DNA of 63,974 nt, filler included, from Octopus bimaculoides (GCF_001194135.2; 7 parts of 7 records of this genome joined end to end with filler, not necessarily neighbours in it), one strand, 5' to 3'; numbered from the whole stretch's first letter, positions 1-11,087 are shown. The notes: a model not told the origin generated them from the sequence alone. Made by a program: numbers and translations.

Positions 1-1146
1 ATATATATAATGGCTGCTTCCTTGTTCTCAAATATAAGGTGATAATGCCAGTAGATGAAGCATTTTTTATGCATGATGCTTTTTGAAGTGAGGAAAGGTG
101 TTGCACACAATCAATCCCACTCTCTGAACAACAACAAATACACCATAAAAAACTAGTCAACATCATTGGCTGCCATCAAGGCATCAGTTTTACATGAAGA
201 GCTTTCCTTCTCCTAGAGTGATGTCCTGACAAGTACTAGGGGGTTCACTCTCTCCTTACATTCTCATTGTTGTCATTGTTGTACCTGCCTTTTTTTGAAA
301 ACATGTCGATCCTCTGCCCCGCCATTGTGTTTTCTGCACAAAAGTCACCAGTTTCTCGATGATGGCTGCAGGAAACACTGCTGTCCGTGAGACACAACAG
401 GACCAAAGTATCTCTCATATATGTATATACGCATGCATTTAAATAGGCTGCAGGAACTAACACTGTCTATGAGAAATAGTAGGACCAAGGTATTTCTCAT
501 GGCCAGTAGTAATTCCCTTAGATTGTATGTAAGTTTACATACGTGCATGCATACATACACATCCATATATGTATCTATGCACATACACATATATGAACAC
601 ACAGGTGCAAAACAAGGTCGAGAAAATAGTACTAGATACCCAAAGGTAGAGTATATTTCTTTTCCATTACAATCTCTTGCCTTTTTATCCAATTGTATTG
701 TGTTATTTCGAAAAGTGGTTGCCCAATCAGCTTTCAGTGTTTATTCGATGAGTTGGTAGCCATGAACACTTACAAATATTTCTAAATTATTATATTATTC
801 TCGTTTCTCACACTTGTCTGATGGGGTGGGGGGAATGGCTGCATGAAATTAAGTAACACAATATCAGACCCGAAACTTTATAAACAGCTTGTATTATATC
901 CTTACTATGGGATAAGTGTGCATTCTGTGCAGTATTCTTCTGCTACAAAGCACCACTTGCACAATATGTATTTTATGCCTCTGCTACCCAATGCTATAGT
1001 ACAATCTGCATTCTACACAATTTCTATAACACAACCCACATGACATGTACTACACCCAATCAACACCCTTTATGAAAATACAACCTATGTAACTTGTATT
1101 CTATATAATTGCTTCTCAATACTATAATGCAGTTTAAAATTATTAA

Positions 1147-1410
1147 TTATGACAAATTTCTTTTTAAAATAATAATAGTAATAGTAATTATATAATAAAT
1201 TATAATCTTAATAATAATAATGATATAAAATAATACAAATGATATAAAAATAATAATAATAATATAATATAAAATAATGATATAAAATAATATAAAAATA
1301 ATAATAATAATATAGTTAATATAAAATAATAATAATATAAATGATATAAAAATAAAAATAAGTAATATGAAAATAATAATAATATAAATAATAAAAAGTA
1401 ATAACAATAA
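1147..1410. repeat. AT-only low-complexity (AAT/TAAAA) tract
   Basis: Direct reading. Confidence 0.9.
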
Positions 1411-1412
1411 TA

Positions 1413-1870
1413 TTCCTTTCTGCTATAGGCACAAGGCCTGAAATTTTGGGAAAGGGGGAGCTAGTCGATTACATCGATCCCAGTGTGTAACTGGTACTTT
1501 ATTTCATCGATCCCAAAAGGATGAAAGGCAAAGTTGACTTCAGTGGAATTTGAACTCAGAACATAAGGATGGGTGAAAATGCCGTTATGTTAACAATTCT
1601 GCCACCTTGAATATTAATAACGATAATTATAAAAATTTAGAATAATAATAATAATCTTTTCTACTACAGGCACAAGGCCAGAGATTTGGTGGGGTGGGGT
1701 TAGTCACTTTCATTGACCCCAGTACTTGACTAGTACTTATTTTATTCATCCCCCAAAAGGATGAAAGGCATAGTCTACCTCGGCAGAGTTTGAACCGAGA
1801 ACAAAGAGATGTATGGAATGCCACTAAGCGTTTTGCCTGGCATGCAAGCAATTCTGCCAACTCACTGCCC
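1413..1870 (-). mobile_element. Two tandem copies of tRNA-derived SINE family A
   Basis: Reverse complement of gagctggcagaa...gagttcaaattcc...cctttcatcc...aagtaccag...ggggtcgat...ggccttgtgcct; bounded by TAA runs. Confidence 0.85.
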
Positions 1871-1903
1871 TAATAATAATAATAATAATATAAACATAAC
1901 ATA

Positions 1904-2088
1904 ATATAACATACAGAAAATTGCACTACTGGGTACTGCACACATTCTACGCAAAACACTTTCAATACAGTAAACATAAGAGCACCACAGCAAACCACAG
2001 CACATACCCAAGGCGCACAGAGCTGCGCTCGGTAGTGAAGTGAAAGTACGTTATAAAAATAAAACTACTGAATAATAATAATAATAAT
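1904..2088 (+). mobile_element. 5'-truncated R4/Dong-type non-LTR element 3' end within (TAA)n
   Basis: NIQKIALLGTAHILRKTLSIQ* plus 3' UTR, flanked by TAA runs; nearly identical to the 61.7-kb copy. Confidence 0.75.
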
Positions 2089-2268
2089 CTTTTCTGATAT
2101 AGGCACAAAGTCCGAAATTTGCAGTGGGGGTGGGGTAAGTTGATGAAATCAAACTTGTATGCTGGAAAATACATTATCATTTAATCATCAATATATTCTT
2201 ACGATTGAATTGATGCTGTTGTATTTGTTTGTTTATCTATATATATTTTATTTTATTTATTTATTCAG

Positions 2269-2321
2269 GACAATGAACAAAAATGAACTTGATATTTCGT
2301 ATGTAACTTCAAGAATGATCG
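2269..2321 (+). CDS. GAK: GAK/auxilin internal exon (TMNKNELDISYVTSRMI), start of PTEN-like domain
   Basis: ttattcag acceptor and G|gtaagt donor; peptide matches GAK/auxilin 'DLDISYITSRIA'; ends in phase 1, matching the next exon. Confidence 0.9.
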
Positions 2322-2631
2322 GTAAGTTGTGACCCCAGATTTAATTATGGTAGTTGTTGATAATGATTGTGTATTTACCCTGATTATATACGTGCCCTTG
2401 TGGTCACTTCTTGGGGTGATTTGTTTGGCCTGGCTCTGAAGAGTATTTATTTTTTAACACAATACACCTATAAAGGGATTTTTTTTCTTTCCCTGGACAA
2501 AAACCACTGCTTCTGGCTTCTCAACTACACCCACATGTTAAATATGATACCTTGGTAAATTATTTATTTACTAACTGGCCCCTTGCCCTCAAAAATGATG
2601 GCTTATTGTAGTATTTTATTTATAAATATAG

Positions 2632-2826
2632 GTGCAGGAGTGGCTGTGTGGTAAGTAGCTTGCTTACCAACCACATGGTTCCGGGTTCAGTCCCACTGCG
2701 TGGCACCTTGGGCAAGTGTCTTCTACTATAGCCTCAGGCCGACCAAAGCCTTGTGAGTGGATTTGGTAGACGGAAACTGAAAGAGTCCCGTCGTATATAT
2801 GTATATGTGTATATATATATATATAT

Positions 2827-2878
<52 letters not shown>

Positions 2879-3000
2879 ATATGTTTGTGTGTCTGTGTTT
2901 GTCCCCCCAACATTGCTTGACAACCAAAACTGGTGTGTTTATGTCCCCGTAACTTAGCGGTTTGGCAAAAGAGACCAATAGAATAAGTACTAGACTTTTT
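2632..3000 (+). mobile_element. tRNA-derived SINE family B with internal (TA)n
   Basis: gtggctgtgtggtaagtagcttgc...ggttcagtcccactgcg...gagtggatttggtagacggaaactgaaag-(TA)n-gtttgtccccc. Confidence 0.85.
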
Positions 3001-3191
3001 ACATACCCACCGACACGGGGGAATCACAACTACAATTCCCATCTGATTTTGATGTACTTGACTCAATAGGTTCCCTCTTCATTGTATATATATATATATA
3101 AACTTTAACCCCCAAAATTCTATATCGACTCTGGTTGAGACATCTGGTCTAGATTACTGCATGGTTGATCTCCTTTTCTGTTTGCTTCCAG

Positions 3192-3340
3192 TTATGTCAT
3201 TCCCAGCTGAAGGAGTGGAATCAGCCTTTAAGAACCACATCGATGATGTCCGCTGTCTGCTGGACTCCAAACACCGTGGACAATATAGTGTATACAACCT
3301 TACTCAGAGAAATTATCGTGCTATCAAATTTGAAAATAGA
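3192..3340 (+). CDS. GAK: GAK exon (VMSFPAEGVESAFKNHIDDVRCLLDSKHRGQYSVYNLTQRNYRAIKFENR)
   Basis: ttccag acceptor and gtgagt donor; close match to GAK 'VMSFPAEGVESALKNNIEDVRLFLDSKH...YAVYNL...FHNR'. Confidence 0.96.
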
Positions 3341-3471
3341 GTGAGTAGTGGCTTTCATTCTTTAACCTTTGTAATGTGTGTGTGTGTGTAGTTGTCTAAG
3401 AGTCCATAAGTCACAAAAATATATGCGCTTGTATATTTGTCAGTGTAGTAAGTATATTAATCAAAATGTAA

Positions 3472-3726
3472 AGTGTTATAGAGCCATTTCAGCCTGTCTT
3501 ACCAATTGGTTTCACACTGGTTATTAGGTAACAGGGTGACTGTCTAAAACTGTATACTCTTCAGCGATTTTTTTTTCTGCTATATTTGTATATGTTTTTC
3601 CATACCTAATACCTATCATCTCTGACGAGGTCATGGTTTTACACAGCCAACCTGTTAATATCTGGTTATCTAATGCCCAGTGCAAAACTGATTGGTAAGA
3701 TCAGCTGAAATGAATCTATAATACTG
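3472..3726. repeat. Diverged foldback (about 100-bp arms) in GAK intron
   Basis: gtgttatagagccatttcagcctgtcttaccaatt... pairs with ...attggtaagatcagctgaaatgaatctataatac; one 10-nt indel. Confidence 0.8.
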
Positions 3727-3730
3727 TATA

Positions 3731-3773
<43 letters not shown>

Positions 3774-4139
3774 AATGGATGTCTTATAAAACTATTCCAA
3801 CATACAATAAGTCATACCAATAATCCAACATACCTCCATTATCAGCTGCCCCATGGATATCACTATGGTTTCGACATCTGGGCAGTACCATGCACAAGCA
3901 TGGCTGTGTGGTTAAGAAGTGTGCTTTCCAATCATGTGGTTTCAGGTTCTGTCCCACAGTGTGGTACAAGTGCAGATACACAAACACACACACACACACG
4001 CACACATATATTAATGTTTGTTTTTATGTTCAGTACTAATAAAAACAATTTTGCATTAATCTGATTGGTTACTCTATACTTTTGTAGAATATGAATTTAT
4101 TATTCTTAGAGAAAAATTTTGTTGAAAGTGACTTCGAAG

Positions 4140-4360
4140 TTTCAGTCAGCTAAGCCATTGTGCCACATAAGAGGCACCTGTGCCATTGCCACATTTAAAG
4201 CACTTGTGCTGGTGCCTCGTAAAAATAGCACCCAGTACACTCTGCATAGTGGTGGACATTAAGAAGGGCATCCAGCCATGGAAACGATGCCAAAACAGAC
4301 AACCAAAGCTCTTGTCAACCCATCCAACCCATGCCAGCATGGAAAACAGATGTTAAATAA
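4140..4360 (+). mobile_element. Interspersed repeat family E (aggaagggcatcc family)
   Basis: gtgccacgtaaaa.gcacc.agtacactctg...aggaagggcatccagc...catgccagcatggaaaacagatgttaaat; also about 6715-6975, 12655-12740, 57915-58080. Confidence 0.7.
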
Positions 4361-4411
4361 TAATAATAATAATGATGATGATGATGATGATAATATATTT
4401 GTCTTTTGCAG

Positions 4412-4534
4412 GTCTTAGAATTAGGTTGGTCTCATAAACGAGTCCCATCACTAGCAAGTATTTTCACTCTGTGCAAAAGCCTTTACCACTGGCTACGGAA
4501 AAACCCTAAAAATATCTGTGTTATTCATTGCCTT
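4412..4534 (+). CDS. GAK: GAK exon (VLELGWSHKRVPSLASIFTLCKSLYHWLRKNPKNICVIHCL)
   Basis: ttttgcag acceptor and gtaagt donor; 123 nt, phase 0/0; carries the first half of the PTEN-like P-loop (VIHCL). Confidence 0.95.
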
Positions 4535-4734
4535 GTAAGTAGTATATCATTTTGTTAATCCAATTTTAATCAGTTTCCATTGATCATTAATTTGTCATTC
4601 TACCCTTTGTTTTCTTTTTATATTTTCTTTTCTTCAATGTCATGAAAAATGTTCAATCCTTCAACATTCAGATTACTTTGTCAAATGTGATGTTTATTTA
4701 TTTATTCACATCCATACACACAGGCTTGTCATTT

Positions 4735-5222
4735 ACGGGTGCTGGTGCACCATGAAATGCACTCTTGCCGGTGCCACATAAAAAATGCACTCGTGCCAGT
4801 GCCACATGACATGCACTCATGCCGGTGCCACATAAAATGCATTCATGCCAGTACCATGTAAAATGCACTCGTGCCAGTACCATGTAGAATGCAGTCGTGC
4901 CAGTACCATGTGAAATGAACTCGTGCTGGTGCCACATAAAATGCACTTGTGCTGGTGCCCCATAAAAATGCACTCATGCCAGTGTCGCATTAAAATGCAC
5001 TTGTACCAGTGCCACATAAAATGCACTCGTGCCTGTGCTGCATAAAATGCACTTTTGCTGGTGCCACATAAAATGCACTTGTGTTGGTGCCCCATAAAAA
5101 TACACTCGTGCCACATCAAATGCACTCATACCTGTGCCATATAAAATGCACTCGTGCTAGTGTCACATGAAATGCACTTGTGCCAGTGCCACATGAGATG
5201 CACTCGTGCCAGTTCCTCGTGC
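4735..5222. repeat. Minisatellite, 27-28-bp unit gtgccacataaaatgcactcgtgccag, about 18 copies
   Basis: Direct reading; unit also occurs at the start of repeat family E. Confidence 0.9.
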
Positions 5223-5224
5223 CA

Positions 5225-5765
5225 ATTTTTTGCTGGTTATTGCCCTCCATAATTCATCTGCTATTGTCATTTATAATTTACTGATCTCCATAATTTTCCT
5301 GTTACTGTCCTCCATAATTTACCATGTTACTGTCTTCCATAATTTATTGTTTTCCATAATTTACTGTCACTTATTATCCTCTGTAATTTTACAATTTGTT
5401 ACTGCTTTCCATAATCTACCCATTAACACTGTCATCCATAATTTATCTGTCATTGTCAACAATAATTTACCATCTGTTCCTATCTTCGATAATTTGCCTG
5501 TCATTGTCTTCCATAGTATACCTTCTGCTATTGTCTTCCATAATTTATTGTCTGTTACTGTCTTCCATAATTTGTCATTGTCAACAATAATTTACAATCT
5601 CTTACTGTCTTCCATAATTTGTCTATCATTGTCTTCCATAATTTACCGTCTCTTACTGTCTTCCATAGTTTGTCTGTCGTTGTCCTCCATAATTTACCAT
5701 TTGTTACTGTCCTCCATAATTTGTGTTATTGCCTTCCATAATTTCTGTTATCATCTTCCATAATT
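5225..5765. repeat. Degenerate minisatellite, about 24-27-bp unit tgtcttccataatttactgt
   Basis: Direct reading; explains the 185-aa hydrophobic ORF. Confidence 0.85.
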
Positions 5766-5848
5766 TCTTAGTTACTGACCTCTATAACCCTACCGCCTCT
5801 CACTGACCCCTGTACTTCTACGTTCTGTTACCTCTATTCTTCTGACAG

Positions 5849-5982
5849 GATGGCAAAAGTGTGTCTGCGACAGCTGTGTGCTGCTTCCTTGTGTTTTGTG
5901 GAGTCTGTAAGACTGTTGATGAAGCCGTTTACTTGTTCGCTTCCAGACGGGTCAATCCACATACGTCAGCCTCGCAGCGAAG
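5849..5982 (+). CDS. GAK: GAK exon (DGKSVSATAVCCFLVFCGVCKTVDEAVYLFASRRVNPHTSASQRR)
   Basis: tctgacag acceptor and AG|gtgaat donor; matches GAK 'DGRAASAVAVCSFLCFC...AEAAVYMF...PSHKR'. Confidence 0.95.
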
Positions 5983-5999
5983 GTGAATGCTACTTGCAC

Positions 6000-6032
<33 letters not shown>

Positions 6033-6069
6033 CGTTATTATTAGTTATTATTATTATTATAATTATTAA

Positions 6070-6715
6070 GATGGTGAGCTGACAGAATCGTTAGCACGCC
6101 GGGCGAAATGCTTAGCGGTATTTCGCCTGCCGTTACGTTCTGAGTTCAAATTCCGCCGAGGTCGTCTTTGCCTTTCATCCTTTCGGGGTCGATAAATTAA
6201 GTACCAGTTACGCACTGGGGTCAATCTAATTGACTGGGCCCCCCCCCTCTCCCCAAAATTTCAGGCCTTGTACCTAGAGTAGAAGATTAATGTTGTTGTT
6301 ATTATTATTAATCATTATTGTTGTTGTTACGATTATTAAGGTGGTGAGCTGGCAGAATCGTTAGCATGCCAGGCAAAATGCTTAGCGGTATTTCGTCTGT
6401 CTTTACGTTCTGAGTTCAAATTCCACCAAGTTCAACCTTACCTTTTATCCTTTCAGGGTCGATAAATTAAGTACCACTTGCGTACTGGGATCGATCTCAT
6501 CGACTGGTCCCCTCCCCCCAAATTTCAGGCCTTGTGCCTTGAGTAGAAAGGATTATTTTTGTTATCATCGTGGCAGTAAACTGGTGGGATCTGAGTTCAA
6601 ATGCTGTTGAGGTCAGCTTTGCCTTTCATCTTTTCACTATAAAATATGTACCAGTTTGGAGATTGGGGTTGATGTAATCACTTAGCCTCACATCCCCCAA
6701 AACTTCAGGCCTTAA
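6070..6715 (+). mobile_element. Three tandem SINE family A copies
   Basis: Heads at about 6070, 6340 and 6570 (last degenerate), separated by (ATT)/(GTT) runs. Confidence 0.85.
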
Positions 6716-7027
6716 GGGGTTGGCATTAGGAAGGGCATTCTGCTATATAAAGCGTGTCAAAACAGACCATAGGGCATGGTGCAGGCCTCCGCTTAGCCAA
6801 CCAACCCCATGCTGCCACGTAAAAAGCACCCAATACACTCTGTAAAGGGGTTGTCATTAGGAAGGGCATCTGTCTTAGAAAGCATGACGAGAGACCATAG
6901 AGATTGGTGCAGTCCTCTTGGCTTGCCAGTTCCTGTTAAACCATCCAGCTCATGTGAGCATGGAGAACAGACGTTAAATAATAAGTATAAGAGAGTATTG
7001 TAGTTCGCTTGAAGCATTGTGTATTGT

Positions 7028-7313
7028 TTGTAAAGAATAAAAAGTTTAGGAAGGTATAACAATGCAATATAGAACAAAAAATGGACTGTATACCTGTTGT
7101 AACTTGGTAAATTGTAGTCCGATGATATTTCGGAATTAGAATTCCTTCTTCAGATCTTATTAGCTGGAGCCTCTGCTATAATAAGATCTGAAGAAGGAAT
7201 TCTAATTCCGAAATATCATCGGACTACAGTTTACCAAGTTACAACAGGTATACAGTTCATTTTTTGTTCTATATTGCATTGTTATACCTTCCTAAACTTT
7301 TTATTCTTTACAA
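7028..7313. repeat. Near-perfect palindrome, 135-bp arms, 16-nt loop, in GAK intron
   Basis: 7028-7162 versus 7179-7313, 133/135 complementary by direct reading. Confidence 0.95.
7185..7220 (+). ncRNA. Minimal hammerhead motif in the right arm of the intronic palindrome (mirror copy on - strand at 7121-7156)
   Basis: GAU-CUGAAGA-A-GGAAU(UCUA)AUUCC-GAAA-UA-UC^-AUC; stem I only 3 bp. Confidence 0.55.
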
Positions 7314-7486
7314 TAAGTATAATGTGAGGGTGGCAATATGAACCCACACAATTTTCGGATCATAAACCGAATGCTATAACCCTTAGGGGGCACAGTGTTG
7401 TTGCTCTATTTTTATGTACATCTGTTTTTTTTTTTATTACTATTTCTCTATCTCACTGTCTCGCTCTTTTGCTCTCATCTTTCTAG

Positions 7487-7600
7487 ATACATCCAATACA
7501 TGGTCGACATTATACACAACCCATCCTTAACCCCTCACAACAAACCCATCCTGTTGGTCTCACTAACAATGTCACCAATTCCTCTCTTCAACAAGACCAA
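7487..7600 (+). CDS. GAK: GAK exon (YIQYMVDIIHNPSLTPHNKPILLVSLTMSPIPLFNKTK), phosphatase-C2 junction
   Basis: tttctag acceptor and gtaagt donor; phase 2/2; matches 'YIEYMCDMV...TPHSKPILV...MTPVPLFSKQ'. Confidence 0.95.
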
Positions 7601-7964
7601 GTAAGTAACAGCATACTGCTTCTCTTTTTCTTTCCCCTTTTTGTATTCTTTATTTATTTGCAGCATTCTTATACTTTTTGCAGATTGTGTATATCAGGGG
7701 TTGGCAAAGTGGTCACTACTGACCAGTGGTTTGCTCGTAGATAAAATTAGTCGGGGTGCTGCTTCAGAAAACTTTTAGCCATTGTTTTAATGTTGTGTAA
7801 AAGGAAACAAAACATATAAAAAGAATATTTATTCATAATCATGATCTGTTCGTGTGTTTAATTTGTTCACTGAATACCACTGCGAATACCCCCCCCCCTT
7901 GTTTTTCAAAAATCCCTCCTAAATCACAAAATAAGAGGGGCAAAATCTATTCTATTTTTCAATC

Positions 7965-8145
7965 CAGCTGGCAGAAACGTTAGCACGCCGGGCGAAATGC
8001 TTAGCGGTATTTCGTCTCTCTTTACGTTCTGAGTTCAAATTCCACCAAGGTCGACTTTGCTTTTCATCCTTTCGGGGTGGATAAATTATGTACCAGTTGC
8101 ATATTGGGGTCGATCAAATCGACCGGCCCCCTCCCCTAGAGTTAG
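7965..8145 (+). mobile_element. SINE family A
   Basis: gctggcagaaacgttagcacgccgggcgaaatgcttagcgg...gagttcaaattcc. Confidence 0.85.
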
Positions 8146-9279
8146 AAAAGAATATTCCGCTGTACAATTTCTACAGCGATGCATTGCAAAATCAGTCTAA
8201 TTGTAGTAGACAAAACTTCCTTACAATATTTAGTTATCTCCCTTTAAGATTTCGAATTCAAATTCTGCTATGAGTTATGTCCCTTGATATCATTCAATAC
8301 AGTAGTGGGACTCCTATTTTAGCTGCCAGAAATCTCAGAATCCTGTGCAGTATGATGTACCGTTTTGAGCAAACAGACTCTACTATTGAAGTTGGTTGAT
8401 TTGCATACGGTATGTTAAAAATAGCTTCAAGCTGGTTGATAAAGATTAAACATATTCTTTCAGCTTTAGAAGTATATTAATTTGTGTCTGTATCCGTTAG
8501 ATATAATCATTTTATTTACTATGTCCGGCGGTATCGGCCTTTAGCTTTCCCTTGAATAACACCGATGGCGTGCAGAGGGGAGTCTGGGTATGCATGGGTG
8601 AAATGCTGGTCTTCCGTAAACAAACCTCGCCCGGACTTGTGTCTTGCAGGGGAACTTTCTACTTGCAGTCTCACGGCCATTCCTGACCGAAGGGGGCCTC
8701 CACCCTATGTTCATATAATGGAGTGGAGAGAGGAATCCGGTATGCATGGCTGACTGCTGGTCTTCCATCAACAACCATGCTCAGACGTGTACCTTGGAAG
8801 GGAACTTTCTAGGTGCAATCCCATGGCCATTCATGACAGTAGGGAGTCTTTACCTGTTACACTGTGTACATAAAATGGAGTGCAGGTGGTGCTGGTATGC
8901 ATGGGTGACTTCTGGTCTTCCATAAACAACCTTGCCCAGACTTGTGCTTTGGAGGGGTAACTTTCTTGGTGTAGTCCCATGATCATTAATGACCAAAGGG
9001 AGTCTTTAGTACTCACTCTTAGAAAATTGCAGGCCTTGTGCCAAAATGTGAATCCAGCCTATGATGTGGTAAGCATGATGGACTAAAATACTTTGTGACA
9101 TTTCCTCTGGTTATTTACATTCTAAGTTTAAATTTACCCTTCATCCTTTTAGGGTTGTTAAAATAAGTACCAGCAGAGGCTGGTGTTGACGTATTTAATT
9201 TACCCGCTCCCCAGTAATTGCTGACTTTGTGCCAAAATTTGAAACCGTTATTTACATCACATGTCTTTCTCTTTTTCAG

Positions 9280-9360
9280 GACCGGATGTCGACCATTTGC
9301 TGAAGTTTTTCTCGGAGAAGACAGAATATTGACTACTTCGCAAGAATACGAGCGGATGAG
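9280..9360 (+). CDS. GAK: GAK exon (TGCRPFAEVFLGEDRILTTSQEYERMR), C2 domain
   Basis: tttttcag acceptor and AG|gtgagg donor; matches 'SGCRPFCEVYVGDERVASTSQEYDKM'. Confidence 0.95.
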
Positions 9361-9701
9361 GTGAGGCTTCCATGGGAAATGCTCTTCTTTTTTCACTCCA
9401 AATACCTCTATCCCAAGTAGTTTAATTCAAGTGTGTTTGTGTGTCCCCACCCCCTGTCACTGCTTAACAACTGGTGTTGGTTTCTTGAAGTCCCAGCCAA
9501 TGTACTTAATGACAACAAGACTCAGGCATGGCTGTGTGGTATGAAGTTTGCTTCCTAACCTTGTGGTCTTGGGTTCAGTCCAACTGTGTAGCACCTTGGG
9601 CAAATGTTTTCTATGTATATAATTATATACATAGCTGTATATAAATATGCACATCATAACATTATATCTACATACAAACGTGTGTGTATATGTACATACA
9701 T

Positions 9702-9764
<63 letters not shown>

Positions 9765-10089
9765 GTCTGCATATTCATCTGTGTGTATTTGCAGTTTTTG
9801 TAGGTGTATGTATATATTAGTGTGAATTTGTGTATGTTTGTATATGCATATAGGTATGTATATGTGTATATATATTTCCTTATGTGTATACATGAATAAT
9901 TAATACGTGTGTGTGTGTGTGTGTTAAACTTTGCACAGATGTCTGTATCTTGCTTTACATATGAATCTATGCACATATTTATGTCTGCTATGTATGTATA
10001 TTTATGTATATATACACTTGTGTACCTTATAAATTAACGCTACTTTCGTCAGAGCCATTTCTGGTTATGTATATTTAATGTTGAATAAA

Positions 10090-10305
10090 TACAATAATGG
10101 TTTCGAATTTTTGCCACAAGGGCAGCTTGGGAGAGGTGGGAGATGAGTCGATTACATCGATCCCTGTGTTCAACTGGTACTTAGTTTATCAACCCCCAAA
10201 AGGATTAAAGGCAAAGTGGACCCCGGCAGAATTTGAACTCAGGTCAGAGCGACACGCAAAGTAACGCTAAGCATTTCGTCCAGCATGCTAACAATTCTGC
10301 CAGCT
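10090..10305 (-). mobile_element. SINE family A
   Basis: Reverse-complement match, head next to (TAA)n. Confidence 0.8.
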
Positions 10306-10423
10306 TTGGTAGGATAAATATAATAATAATAATAATAATAATAATTCTTGGATGGAATTTATAAACATTTAATGCATTGCTATTTATTTTATTCACAAAT
10401 TCCATTGTTTTGTTTGTTTCCAG

Positions 10424-10541
10424 GGGTTTTTCAATAGAAGAATACAAACTGACGATTTCTTTAAATATATCGGCTGTGGGAGATGTCACCATTGCGGTAT
10501 ACCATGCGAGGTCAACATTTGGGGGAAAAGTGCAGGGCAAG
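10424..10541 (+). CDS. GAK: GAK exon (GFSIEEYKLTISLNISAVGDVTIAVYHARSTFGGKVQGK), C2 domain
   Basis: tttccag acceptor and AAG|gtgaga donor; matches 'GDVLIVIYHARSTLGGRLQAK'. Confidence 0.95.
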
Positions 10542-10585
10542 GTGAGACAATGCTTATTTTATTAAATTTTAAATTCACATAAATT

Positions 10586-10720
10586 CACAAGCACCAACCA
10601 CATGGTTCCGGGTTCTGTCCCACTGCGTGGCACATTGGGCAAGTGTCTTCTGCTATAGCCTCGGGCCGACCAAAGCCTTGTGAGTGGATTTGGTAGAAGG
10701 AAACTGAAAGAAGCCCATCG

Positions 10721-10761
<41 letters not shown>

Positions 10762-10854
10762 ATATGTTTGTGTGTCTGTGTTTGTCCCCCCACCATCGCT
10801 TGACAACCGATGGTGGTGTATTTACGTCCCCGTAACTTAGCGGTTCGGCAAAAG
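10586..10854 (+). mobile_element. SINE family B, runs into N gap
   Basis: Same consensus. Confidence 0.8.
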
Positions 10855-11087
10855 NNNNNNNNNNNNNNNNNNNNNNNNNNNNNNNNNNNNNNNNNNNNNN
10901 NNNNNNNNNNNNNNNNNNNNNNNNNNNNNNNNNNNNNNNNNNNNNNNNNNNNNNNNNNNNNNNNNNNNNNNNNNNNNNNNNNNNNNNNNNNNNNNNNNNN
11001 NNNNNNNNNNNNNNNNNNNNNNNNNNNNNNNNNNNNNNNNNNNNNNNNNNNNNNNNNNNNNNNNNNNNNNNNNNNNTCTATATTTAA

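Noticed and set aside
611-651. Possible upstream GAK micro-exon (VQNKVEKIVLDTQ, phase-2 end)
   Set aside because: No pyrimidine tract, weak donor (gtagag), and no resemblance to the expected GAK segment.
4735-5222. CRISPR-like array
   Set aside because: Contiguous tandem units without unique spacers, in a eukaryotic intron.
5206-5763. 185-aa hydrophobic ORF
   Set aside because: Translation of a minisatellite inside a GAK intron; no start context or splice support.
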